Below, one piece after another: positions 1-12,042 of a DNA stretch of 64,000 nt (its first letter is position 1; each line of letters opens with the position of its first letter). Under the pieces are notes generated by a model. That model worked only from the letters and a program-made list of their open reading frames with translations. It was not told the DNA's origin and ran no database searches. This stretch comes from Octopus bimaculoides (lineage: Eukaryota), in contig NC_068985.1 in assembly GCF_001194135.2 (NCBI RefSeq), positions 122,665,164 through 122,729,163 on the forward strand, read 5' to 3'. The position numbers were made by a program, and so were the translations under genes.

Positions 1-663
1 AATCCTTTTTGAATCGACTTGTAGCATGTGATGAGAAATGGATCCAATACAACAACTGTAAACGTTCAGTACAATGGTTGGACAAAGATGAGCCACCAAA
101 ATACCGTCCAAAAAGCAAAATTTATCAAAAGAAGCTGATGGTGTGTGTTTGGTGGTCTGGCGCAGGTGTGATCCATTATGATTTCATTAAACCTGGTTCA
201 TCAATCCCAGCCGAAGTATACTGCAGCCAACTGGACCAAATGATGCAGAAACTTACCAAAAAACAGCCTAGATTAGTCAACAGATACATTTCTATTTTAT
301 TGCATAACAACGCCAAACCAAATTGGCGAAACTACAGGAGATGAAGTTGGAAGTTCTCCATCATCCACCATACTCACCTGATCTTCCCCCCCCAACACTG
401 ACCACCACTTCTACCAGAATTTGGGTAACTTTTTGATAGGAAAATAATTTAATTCCAACAATGCTGTAAAACAGGCCTTCCAAGATTTTACTGACTCTAG
501 ATTGCCAGACTTTTACAGTTCTGGGCTGGACAAGCTACTGCTGAAATGGCAAAAGTTTATTGACAATATGGGTGCATACTTTGATGAATAAAACTATTCC
601 TTGTATTTATAAAATATTAGCAAACTTTTTTCTTTTCTACAAATTTCATACCTGACGACCTAA
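1..663 (+). mobile_element. 3' part of a decayed mariner transposon (family 1), truncated by the window start
   Basis: Translation gives CDEKWIQYNN...KLMVCVWW...LLHNNAKP and, after frameshifts, HPPYSPDL / TDHH ...GAYFDE* (stop 589-591). Right TIR ...CATACCTGACGACCTAA ends at 663 and is followed by TA. Confidence 0.93.
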
Positions 664-678
664 TATATGTGTGTGTAT

Positions 679-1199
679 GGATGAGGATGCTTATAGATGA
701 GGACAGCAGTGTGAAGAAGTGTCACACCCTAACAGTAGAGGGGAACCTGTGGAAGAGGTAGACTCAGGAAGACATGGGATGAGGTGGTGAAGCATGACCT
801 TCAAACATTGGGCCTCCGAGACCTATGGAGATAGGCTGTGCTTGAGAAGACCCAGCAAGCTAAGTGAGATTGTAGCCGTGGGCAATGCCAGTGTTGCATA
901 AGTGGCCCATTTAAAAGTACCCTTTAATTGTCGGGCAATATGCTGTTTGAGAAGACCTGTTGAGTCAAGTGAAATAGTTGAGGCTGATGCCAGTGCTGCC
1001 TGATTGGCTCCCATGCCGGTGGCACATAAAAAGCATCCACTATACTCTCGGAGTGGTTGGTGTTAGGAAGGGCATCCAGCTGTAGAAACCTTGTCAGATC
1101 ATATTAGAGCCTGGTGCAGCCTCCTAGCTTACCAGTCCTCAGTCAAACCATCCAACCCATGCCAGCATGGAGAGCAGACATTAAACGATGATGATGATG
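679..1199 (+). mobile_element. 5'-truncated RTE-clade LINE 3' end
   Basis: Frameshifted translation VKKCHTLTVEG.CGRGRLRKTWDEVVKHDLQTLGL matches the RTE C-terminal RGRPRKTW motif. It is followed by a 3' UTR ending CCCATGCCAGCATGG...TTAAAC(GAT)n. Confidence 0.75.
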
Positions 1200-1426
1200 T
1201 GGATTCCAATAACTGTTTCCCCAGGAACACTAATACTCTCTCTTCTTTCTCCTTCCCACTCTAGTTCATTTACAACAGTAATCCTCTCTCTGTCTCCATT
1301 GGTCATATAGCAGCAAATGAATAGAGACTAATTAGAGTATTTAGGACCCTTTCTGTTCTGTAGGGTACAAAGTATATTCACTAGAGCTATAACCAAAACT
1401 AAATGCACTAAGTACATTCTGAAAAG

Positions 1427-1500
1427 TGGTTAGTGTTAGGGTTAGGGTTAGTGTTAGGGTTAGGAAGGGGGTTAGGGTTAGTGTTAGGGTTAGGAAGGGG
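1427..1500. repeat. Interstitial telomere-like repeat (TTAGGG/TTAGTG/TTAGGA variants)
   Basis: GGTTAGTGTTAGGGTTAGGGTTAGTGTTAGGGTTAGGAAGGGG, with a higher-order duplication of the last ~30 bp. Confidence 0.8.
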
Positions 1501-2725
1501 GTCCTATAGAAATCATACAAATATGAAATGTACAAAAAAAAAAAATGTGCTTCTCTGACAAGGCCAAGGAAGGCAGTACTTTCAAATTCAACATGGAATT
1601 GATTTGGACCATGATGACCTTTTCAAGTCATGACAATTTGTAAATTGGACATCTAATGATGGTGATATTTAGATGTGTATAATATACATACATGTATGAA
1701 TGTAAAAGATGTATTCAGTTTAACAAAGGGAGGTAACTAACAGTTAATTCAAACTGAATAGAAATTATTGAAATGAGTACCAAAGTAAATAGTATAAATA
1801 ATTGGCACCAAATCTCTTGAGCTCACTGATTGTACAAGGCTGCAATGAGGATTGAACCCAGCAAAAGAATATGTATGGAGTTATAAGTTTACTGAATTAA
1901 CCCCAGTGCTTATTTCTAACAACTTTACAAAATCAGTTTGGAAAGGAGTGTACATAAATTATAGTTGTTAGTATTTATCAGATAGTGAAATATGACATAT
2001 TTTAGTGAAGATTATGCACCATATTGTTCTTAGTGTATTACTGGTATTTCTTTCATCAATGGGACAAGTTGGTTTTTGTAGGCAAGCACCAGAAAGGCCA
2101 AATCATAGCCACCCGACACAAGTGTGACTTGGCAGCATGTCCTATGCTTTCATTAATTGTTTTAGGTGCTTGTGTAGTTACAAGGACAGACACATTTTTA
2201 GTCCTCCCACTAGCAGAAAATTGGGGATGTGACAAGTGAGAAAGAATGAGCGAGGTGGGGGGGGGCTGTATCAGCACTAGTTGATACTCATTACAGCCAA
2301 GTAGACTGTGAAGCAATGTAAGATGAAATGCCTTGCTCAAAGATATAAGGCACTGCCTGGTTCAGGAAATGGACTCTTGACTTCATGATTGTGAGACTAA
2401 TGCTCTAATCAGTCGGAAGGTGGTATATAAAGGTGGTATGTAAGTTGATTAAGCTCAGTAATCAATCGCTGGACCTTCATTGAATCTTCAATTGAAAAGG
2501 TCACAAACACATACTGCAAGGTTGTATGATGACCTATTTTCACTAACCAATATAGGGCAGTTATTCTCCACCAACAGATCAAACCTGGCAGTGTTATTGG
2601 ATACGATACTGCATAACAAGCAAGCAAAGTAATCTTTTATATTGATTTAGCAGAACAGATTTCTTCAAATACAGAACAGAAGAAAAAGAGAAAGAAAATG
2701 AAACTATTTTGTGCAATGAGTAGAC

Positions 2726-2780
<55 letters not shown>

Positions 2781-4729
2781 TACAATACATACATATGCGA
2801 ATGCACCTAATTTTATCGAATGAAAGTTATTTCTTTATCATAGTTCCATTCCACAAAAAAAATTAAAAATTAATGATTAAAGATAAAATAAAAAGATATC
2901 TGAAACAAAAACAAGACTTCATTAAAGATTATCTTTTCATGGAATCAANNNNNNNNNNCAAAAAAAAAAAAAAAAATAAGTGAAAAAAATCTATTGAATT
3001 TTTGAAGAAAATATTAAAAGAAAATAAATATACATACAATTGAAAAATGAAAGCAAAAATATAATAAAAATTAAAATAACAATAAGAAAATCAATTTGGT
3101 GAGTTCAATATATTTTGTTGTTGAAATTATTCCAATATATTTGCTACCCACTTTTTTTCTTTTTAAATGTTCAAATATATTTGGATAAATATCAACACTA
3201 GATAGATTAAATCTTAATATACAGAAGAAAGTGTATGTTCCAAGTTGTTGGCCACAGTTTTTAATCTGGGTAGTTGAAATTTTGCATAGAGACAGATCAT
3301 TTTAAATAGAAGATCATGGGTGATATGACTTTTTCTGACCCCAGAAGGTGATGAGGTGGTAGAATAGTTAGAAGGTTTGGTAGAATACCTTAAGTTGATG
3401 AAATAAAGTAGTAATCTAGGGGAGTCAATTGGCAGCACTGTTTTAGCACCAAGCATGGTTTCTTATGGTTTCTTTTCTTGCTCTTTGTAGTTTGAAAGTA
3501 ATGCCTGTGATATTTATCCTAAAGTTTATTGGCCCGGAGGCAGTGGCCTATCATATTGGTGGCATAGAGAGGCAAAGCTTGCATGCTCACATGTCTGTTA
3601 GTCCCCTTCAACAAAAAAGGCCATTGTCCAGCCGGTATGTTCAAGAATAGATATATGGTCAACCAGGTCTTATTAAAGTCTTGGTGTGACCTTGGCCAAG
3701 GATAGATATTGCCGCTAGTAACCTATAAATTCGAAATTCAACAGTGAACTAAGTGTAAATATGTTGTTGTTTAGACCCAGGCTTTAAGTATAGATAGAAC
3801 AGCTGTATGACTGAAGGTATTTCAGCAGTGACCATACTGTATTTTGCATATTAAAGACTATGCTGTCCAATGGTGTTCCTTAAGACAGTAAGATGCGATT
3901 TGGAGGAGATTTGGTTGCTATTTCTAGTAAGACTAAGCAACTATGTAGAAGCTCCTTTGTTAGCTTAAATAATATTTATCTTCTGGCAATGACTATTCAA
4001 ACAGACCCACGTGTTGGAAGGTTGTTGCCTGAGTAGTGCAAAGGCATCATCCACCAAGAGAAGGGAATCACCTAGAAATCCACCAGGAGAAGGGAATCAC
4101 CTAGAAATGCAGCGATGTGCATGTTACAACACATGACCCTACGATACTACTACTACTGCTGCCACTTACATCTAATTAATTGATAATTAAACAGTGCTAT
4201 TGTTACTCATAGCCATAAACATATATTGCAAATATGCAAATGAGAAACTAGTTTTATTTAATTTCATTTTAATAAATATGTTTTTATGAAAATTAGTATT
4301 CATTTCATTATTTTGTCTAAGCATCATGAAATTAGATTATAATTACTGGTGGAACCCATGGAAATGCTACATTTTATCAATGTTCTTATTTGTTTCTTTG
4401 CATAAATTTATACATTTTCATAACACTGTTACATTATGTTAAACTTTTCAGTTATATCTTCGATTTCACTCCTTGTTAAGGTTGCTGAAGGCACAACACT
4501 TAAATTTATTTAATGATGTTAAAAGATGCTGATCACAGTAAAAGTCCATGTATGATACACTGCCATGCATCTCAGTTTTGGGAGTGAAATTAACTTTAAA
4601 ACCCACAATGTCCTATATAACATACTGTGTTGCATTACTGCGACAGGAGTAGAAAATCTATAATCCCACATATTAGTTTTTAATATTTCATTATATATAC
4701 AAAAAAATATTGGCATATTATAGTTGTCC

Positions 4730-5385
4730 TCATCGTTTAACATCTGCCTTCCATGCAGGCATGGGTTGGATGATTTGACAGGATCCAACAAACTGGATGA
4801 TTGCATCAAACTCCAATGTCTACTTTGACATGGTTTCCATGACTGGATGCCTTTCTAAATGCCAACTACTTTACAGAACGTACTGGGTGCTTCTTCTGTA
4901 CTTTGTAGTTCAGCAGGTGATTTATGACCGATAGAAATGAGAAAAAAAAAATACTTTACTCAAAAAACCAACAATGTAGAGAGTACTTCTTTAGGGAGAG
5001 CATCTGGCTATAGAAATTCTGCCTCAGTAAAGTTTTTGTCTGACCTATGTCAGCATGGGGTAGAAAAAAAATGAAAGTTAAAAATGAAGAATTTCATTCA
5101 GTTTTGGTGGAATCGAGAATCTCTATGGTAACGGTTCCCAACCGAGGATCTACAAAGGTAGTATTAGGGGTCTGTGAGCAGTGCTCAAAATATTAAAAGG
5201 TTGCTGTGTAAAAAGCAGAATGACATATAATTCAGTTTAAACACACACACACACACGAAAAGACTTATTGGGTAAAAAAGGCCTTTTAAAAGGCTTGGGG
5301 GTCCATGGGAAGAATTTATTAAGATAAAAGTGGTCCAATAGTCAAGCCCATGCCAGCATGGAAAACGGACGTTAAAGGATGATGA
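4730..5385. mobile_element. Fragments carrying the RTE-type 3' tail (about 4730-4930 minus; about 4990-5090 and 5300-5385 plus)
   Basis: CCCATGCCAGCATGGAAAACGGACGTTAAAGGATGATGAT at about 5347-5385 and its reverse complement at about 4730-4775 match the tail at 1155-1199. Confidence 0.6.
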
Positions 5386-5779
5386 TCCTTCAAAAAAGGT
5401 GAAAAGATTGGAAGCCACTGGAAAAGAGAGGCCAGCTTACTCTAGCAAGAAAAGATAAACTGCAGAATTATATCCGAGCAAGGCCAAATAAATATTGTTA
5501 TACAAACTTCTTAAATGTGTTACATAATATTAATTACTAAGAAAGCTATTATCCATTCATTTCTCTCTCTCTCTCTGTCATGTATTCGTTAAAAAATATA
5601 TTGAGAGCTGAGGAATGTCAGTGATTTAGTTAGCTAGGAGTGTGTGTGTGTGAGAGAGAGATATGTTTTGATTGCTGAACCTCTGTCAGATCAATGGCAT
5701 ATAGTTTAAACAATTACATTAAACAAATCACCACCACCTACACTAACCCATCCACAAATCTACACCACCACCACCACCA

Positions 5780-6190
5780 CCACCACCACCACTGGCACTA
5801 ACTAAATAGCTAACACCTACAACCACTGACTGTACACTACCACCGCTGCCGCCGCCACCGCCGTCACGCCACTACGAACAATTAACTAGCCACTACTTAC
5901 AGCCACCCACTCTACTCATCACCCCCGCCGCCGCCGCTGCCGTCACCACCACCACCACCACAACTAACCAGCCACCACCTGTAAGCCAACAGCAACAACT
6001 CAGCAGTCATTTACCACCGCCACCAGCACCAGCAGCAGCTACAACAACAGCTAACACCACACCTGCATCACGATCACCGTCTGCAGGTACCAACTCTACA
6101 CCACCGCCACCCATTTTACGTAACACATAAGCCACCACCTACAGCAACCTAGCCACAACCACAGTCTTTAGCCGCCGCCACCACCGCTAC
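5780..6190. repeat. Degenerate (ACC/GCC/CAA)n low-complexity tract
   Basis: Runs of CACCAC, GCCGCC and CAACAG. Confidence 0.8.
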
Positions 6191-6230
6191 GGCAATATTA
6201 GTTAGTACAATCAAAACCCTTATGACAGTA

Positions 6231-6377
6231 GGCGCGGGAGTGGCTTGCTTACCTACCACATGATTCCGGGTTCAGTCCCACTGCGTGGCACCTTGGGCAA
6301 GTGTCTTCTACTATAGCCTCGGGCCGACCAAAGCCTTGTGAGTGGATTTGGTAGACGGAAACTGAAAGAAGCCTGTC

Positions 6378-6437
<60 letters not shown>

Positions 6438-6638
6438 TTGTGTCTGTGCTTGTCCCCCCACTACCGCTTGACAACCGATGCTGGTGTGTTTACGTCCCCG
6501 TAACTTAGCGGTTCGGCAAAAAGAGACCGATAGAATAAGTACTAGGCTTCCAAAGAATAAGTCCTGGGATTGATTTGCTCGACTAAAGGCGGTGCTCCAG
6601 CATGGCCGCAGTCAAACGACTGAAACAAGTAAAAGAGT
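6231..6638 (+). mobile_element. tRNA-derived SINE family A with central (TA)n/(TG)n microsatellite
   Basis: Head GGCGCGGGAGTGGCT...GGTTCAGTCCC (B-box-like), body CACCTTGGGCAAGTGTCTTCTACTATAGCC, internal microsatellite and tail GACTGAAACAAGTAAAAGAGT. Near-identical copies occur at 16329-16942 and 38930-39331. Confidence 0.9.
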
Positions 6639-6791
6639 AGTAATAACCGCCACCATCACCACAATCGCTATAACAGCAGCAGCAGCAGCTACTACCACCA
6701 CCCTAATACCATCGGCAGCCACTACCATCTCGTTTTCGTTGCTCCAACTAAAGCTATTAAAAGGGAATGATGACATTTAATCATTACATAC

Positions 6792-6794
<3 letters not shown>

Positions 6795-6840
<46 letters not shown>

Positions 6841-7440
6841 TTTCCTACTATAGGCACAAGGTCTGAAATTTTTGGTGAGGGGGGTGTGTGGCGAGTCGGT
6901 TACATAGACCTCAATGCGTACCTGGTACTTATTTTATCGACCCCGAAAAGATGCAAGGCAAAATCGACCTCAGCAGAGTTTGAACTCAGAACACAAAGAG
7001 GGCCTAAATGCCTCTAAGCATTTTACCCGGCGCGGTAAAAGATCCTGCAAACTCGCTACCTCGATATAATGATATTCCTTTTTACTAAAGGCACAAGGCC
7101 TGATATCTTGTGTGGTGGTGGTGGTGGGGGGACTATTCGATTACATCGGCCCAATGTTTCACTTGTACTTAATTTATTGATCTCGAAAATATGAAAGGCT
7201 AAGTCGACCTCGGCAGAATTTGAGCGCAGAACATAAAGACGGACGAAATGCTGCAAAGCATTTCGTTCGGCATGCTAACGATTCTGTCAGCTCGCTGCCT
7301 TAATAACAATCCTTTCTATTATAGGTTCAAGGCATGAAATTTGGTGGGAAGTGGCTGGTCGGTTACATCGAACCCAGTTCTTAAAAGGTGACACTATTTG
7401 ATCGACTCGAAAGGATGAAAAGCAAAGTCGATTTCGGATT
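6795..7440 (-). mobile_element. Three head-to-tail copies of tRNA-derived SINE family B
   Basis: Repeated TTTATCGACCCCGAAAGGATGAAAGGCAAAGTCGACCTCGGC-like core at about 6930, 7180 and 7400, with an (AAT)n tail at the left end. Confidence 0.85.
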
Positions 7441-7444
7441 GCCG

Positions 7445-8330
7445 CAGGGGCATCCAATGAGGGGGAAAATTACAAGGATAATTTACAATTCAGGTGGGGT
7501 TTTACATAAAACATGATGGGAAGAAAGGGAGAGTGGGGGAATGATATAAAAATATACATAGTAAACAAATGTTTACTATGCAGTTCATCTGATACTGAAC
7601 TCAAATTACGGCCAAATAAGGAACCCTGAAGATCCAGGATCACCCTGACCATCGAAGACACAAACCCTTACTTAGCCCTTGTGTTCCATTTTACAGGAGC
7701 ATTCTTAGAGTAAGTCCATTCACCTTAAGCATATTTTTTAGAAACAACTTCATAAGTTAGCAATACTCGGACAATGCACTAATAATGTGCAGTGCAGTTT
7801 CGTCGCTCTGGGCGAAAACACGAGCAGCATTGTCATACATGTAGAATTTACTTCGAACCGGCCCCTCGATAGTACTAGCAGATTAGGGGTTTCTGGAAGT
7901 TATTCATGGTAGTCCCGGGCATGAAAGTTTCCCGAAACAGACCAGCTCGTTCGTCCTCGTCGACGCTTATAATTTCCCCCAAGAACGTCGTCACCCTTAC
8001 CCACCACAAGATCTCTATATAGTGATCATGTAGAACTTCGGATAGTAGAGGGCAATGAACATTCCAGGTGCCAAGCGCCAAACTTTTTTCTTGACCCAGG
8101 ACAGACCTCTGTCAAAATGATGAGCTGTGGGAAAGACGTGTTTTACAAACGGACCATATCAGCTCAACCGTCCAAGAAAATTGAGCGCGTGATGCAGTCT
8201 CAGTGCCTACGCTTTAGTAGGGCGTTGGCAACAGATGGACCGCCTGATCAGTGAAACGCATCCTTCCACAGAAAGCAGAAAAGCAACTACTCCAGTCTGG
8301 CGAAACTTCAGTGGGGCAAACGCAATGGTC
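7445..8330 (-). mobile_element. Decayed L1/Tx1-clade LINE 3' portion
   Basis: Minus-strand frames give SLYRDLVVGKGDDVLG, GLFRETFMPGTTMNNFQKPL..YYRG and AQSDETALHII (zf-RVT CCHC region), with many stops and frameshifts. Confidence 0.6.
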
Positions 8331-8454
8331 AAGTGGTAGGTTATTATGCTGGCGTTGTACGTATATTTACTTTCATTCAGTTTCCTCTCAGGCCGTTTCT
8401 GAATGTCGCTAAGCATTTTGCCCGGTATGCTACCGATTCTGCCATGTTGCCATT

Positions 8455-8498
<44 letters not shown>

Positions 8499-8499
<1 letters not shown>

Positions 8500-8878
8500 G
8501 TGGCTGTGTGCCGAGAAGCTTCCTTACGAACTTCATAGTTTTGGGTTCAGTCCCACTGCGTGGCACCTTGGGTAAGTATCTTCTACTATAACCCCGAGCC
8601 AAATTAAGCCTTATGAGTGGATTGGCAGGCAGAAATTGAAAGAAGCCCGTCGTGTGTGTGTGTGTGTGTGTATAACGCGCTCGGGCGTTTGCGTTTGTCC
8701 CCCACCATCGCTTGACAATCGGGATCGATTTGTTTACGCCCCGGCAACTTAGCAGTGCGGCAAAAAGAAGTCGATAGAATAAGTACCGAGTTTAAAAGTT
8801 CTGTTTTGTAGTCGATTTGTTCGACGAAACCTTTCAAGGTGGTGCCCTGCCATGGCCGTACGCCAATAAAACAAGTAA
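8499..8878 (+). mobile_element. SINE family A copy inserted after (AAT)n
   Basis: GGGTTCAGTCCCACTGCGTGGCACCTTGGG head, central (TG)n and family A tail. Confidence 0.85.
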
Positions 8879-9214
8879 TATATAAAAGATCATTCAGTGA
8901 ACGCAATAAACGACAGACACCTATCCAAGCAGGTAAATAGATTTAACAGCTGCCAAAATGTATCAATGAAGAAACTTCCATGTCGTCACTTAAAATGTGC
9001 TAAAAAGAACAGCAAAATTTCCCTTAAGTCATACCATAACAGAACACGTATAATCCTAAAGACTTTGTGAGTATACTGATAAAAAAATGGCTGATATGCT
9101 TTTAATCCTTGATTTTAATCAGGGACGTACTACGACTCAACGACAAAAAAAAAAAAAAAGAATGGTTTCTTATATAGACAAAGAGTCTCAAATTTAATGT
9201 TGGTGGAGCTAATA

Positions 9215-10530
9215 GTCGATTATAACAGCCCTTGTTTCTTATATAAGGCAAAAGGCTGTAAAAGGTCTGTTTTCGACTGATACTTTATTAATTCTCAGAA
9301 GAATGAAATGTAAATTTGACCTGGGCAAGATTTGAAACCTTAGAATAATAGTTATCATATGGAGCCAGAAACTTAGGGGAGGGAGAAGGTAAGAAACAAT
9401 TATATCATCTTCGGTACCTGACAGGTATCTTATTTTGTCGACCTCAGAAGGTTAAAAGGTAAAGTTGGCCTCGGCAGGATTCGAACAGTAACACTGGCAG
9501 CTCTGACCTGTTAAGTAATTTAACTATTCTCTGTAATTCAATAACCACATTGTCTAAATGAAACGTTTTCAATTACTGTACTGTAGTAGAAGTGAGCGAC
9601 CAGTTTTGAAGGAGAGACAAGACATGATAGGATATGAAGAAAACTCGAATATTTTTAATACACCACACTAGTGTATATGCCTTCCTTTTTGGTAAAATGT
9701 AATCCGTTACCCTATCTCTATTTTACATAGCAGAATGCTACAGGATCTGTCGTTCAAGCCTCACTACGCTTATGCACTTATTACTTTAACATAAGAATTT
9801 TTCTTGAAGAAAACTGGCTGTCGTCTATGCAAGCAAGTTTCCCTCCCCTCCCCACAGCAATGGTGTTTATCCAAAAGAAAGGCCGATTCGGACCGATACA
9901 ACTTGGCACCAGTATCGTTTGTAGGCTTGGTATTTGGAATACCAAGGGCCGGAATAGGTACCGCAAGGCATCTTTCTCGATTATCTAAAAGTACTTTATT
10001 TCATTGACACTCGAAAGAATGAAAAACAAAATTGACTCCGGCAAGATTTGAACCCAGATTGCAGACAGTCGGAACAAATACCGCGAAGTATTCTATCCAG
10101 TTTTAATATGAAATTCTTTTTTTTTTCTGTTTAAACAAAAACTTTTATAAAGCTGCTGGTGTGTTCTAACACGTCTTGTCCTTTATTCATTGTGACAAAG
10201 ATGGAAAAAAGTTAAAAAGTCGCTGTTCTAAGATAATGCAGTCATATTCATACACGAGACAGCTTTTAGACAAGATCGAGCAGAGCCGATACAATCAACG
10301 TTTTTGTACAAGACCAAGCGCAACTGGTGCAATCAACACAGTATATTACTGGTATTTATTTATCGACTCTTAAATCTTAGCGTGTCGACGGGGTTGGCCA
10401 TGAAGGTAATGAATCGAAACAATTATTGTAAGGCATCGTGTCCAACGCCCTTGCAGTCTGCTAATCTACCGCTCTGGATTGGATTTTTTTTTATCGATCC
10501 TGAAAGGACGAAAGGCATCGTTGACCACGT
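9215..10530 (-). mobile_element. Cluster of old SINE family B fragments (about 9215-9340, 9355-9490, 9960-10110, 10330-10530)
   Basis: Degenerate matches to the ...ATCGAC.CCGAAAGGATGAAAGG.AAAGTCGAC.TCGGC..ATTTGAAC core. Confidence 0.6.
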
Positions 10531-10664
10531 CAAATGTAGCCGATTAGAAAGGGGGAGAGAAAGAGAGAAAGAGGGAGAGAGAGATGATGAAAATGATACG
10601 TCTGTATTATCATCTATCATCATGTATAGGAATGGTGTTTCGATTCGCATGTGTAACTGAAACT

Positions 10665-10700
<36 letters not shown>

Positions 10701-10811
10701 AGCCTTATAGCATCTTTTTCACAATTGCCTGACCAATATAAAAGTCTTAATGCCGTTGGACCAGTCCAACTATCTGTATATCGCTTGGTCTTCTAGGTGA
10801 TGCAAAAACTA

Positions 10812-12042
10812 TTAGGTTGTTCTGAAAATTAATGGCTGCTCTAAGTGTTGTGTTTTGAAATGCAATTTTATCAGAGTATTTTAATTATATTTTAGGTATA
10901 TTTCGACATACTTAATAATTGATGTATGCTCTTTAATAATTTTTCACTTATTCCAGACAGAAAACATTCTTGAAGCATAGGTGCCCTTAATTATGAACAT
11001 GATAAAAAAGGACCTTCGCTTACTTTTCTTGCATGAGTTCAAGCTTGGACACAATGCCTCCCAAACTGCTCCCAATATCAACAGAGCCTGGGGAGAGGGG
11101 TCCACAAGTGATCGCACAGTACGAAGGTGGTTTCAGAAATTCCGTAGTGGTGATGAGAGCCTTGAAGATGAAAAAGGTAGAGGATGGTCATGCAGTCTTG
11201 ACAAAGAACAACTGAAAGCAGTTGTTGAACAAAATCCACGTCAAAGTGTCAGAGAAACGTCTCAGGCACTTGGTGTCGGTATTGCAACGGTCTCACGCAA
11301 TCTACAGAATATTGGTAAGGTGAAAAAGTTCCATAAATGAGTACTACATGAGCTCAATGAAAATCAATAAGTTCGGCGTTTTGAAGTGTGATCGATGCAT
11401 TTTCTGCGAAACACCAATGATCCTTTTCTTGATCGAATGGATCTTTTATGATAACCGTAAACGATCAGGTCAATGGCTTGATCGTGGTGAGTCCCCCAAA
11501 CATTTCCCAAAACCAAAGTTACATCAGTAAAAGATTATGGCGACTGTCTGGGGTCTGCAATTGATGTTGTCCATTACAGCTTTTTGGAAGCCAATCAGAG
11601 CATTACAGCAGAGGTTTACTGCAATCAACTCGCTGAAATGCATGCTCATTTGCAAAAAATGAGACCTGCATTGGTGAATCGGCGTGATCCAATTCTGCTC
11701 CACGATTATGTTGTAAGAACGACACTGCAGAAACTCTCAGACTTGGGATACGAGACTTTACCACATCCTCCATATTCTCCTGATCTTTCACTCACTGACA
11801 ACCATTTTTTAAAAGCATTTAAACACGTTTTTAAGTGATAAAACCTTCAGGTCCAAACCAGAGGTGGAATCAGCTTTCAAAGATTTCTTAGCATCAAAAC
11901 CAATAAGTTTTTATCAACGAGGCATAAATAATCTCGTTGATCGATGGCAGAGATACTTTGACCAATCAAATCATTTGTATTGTTATTTCTCCAAAATAAG
12001 ATTATGTTTCTGAAATCAGCCATTATTTTCGGAACAACCTAA
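10812..12042 (+). mobile_element. Near full-length (1231 bp) inactive mariner transposon (family 2)
   Basis: TIRs TTAGGTTGTTCTGAAAATTAATGGCTG (10812-10838) and CAGCCATTATTTTCGGAACAACCTAA (12017-12042), each flanked by TA. The transposase has an HTH region, K*VLHEL (WVPHEL), LLHD and HPPYSPDL-TDNHF, with stops and frameshifts. Confidence 0.96.

Noticed and set aside
1427-1500. True telomere or chromosome fusion site
   Set aside because: The block is short, degenerate and in a single orientation, inside an intron.
4051-4108. 29-bp tandem duplication (similar small ones at about 24585, 44130 and 46925)
   Set aside because: Ordinary slippage duplications with no further structure.
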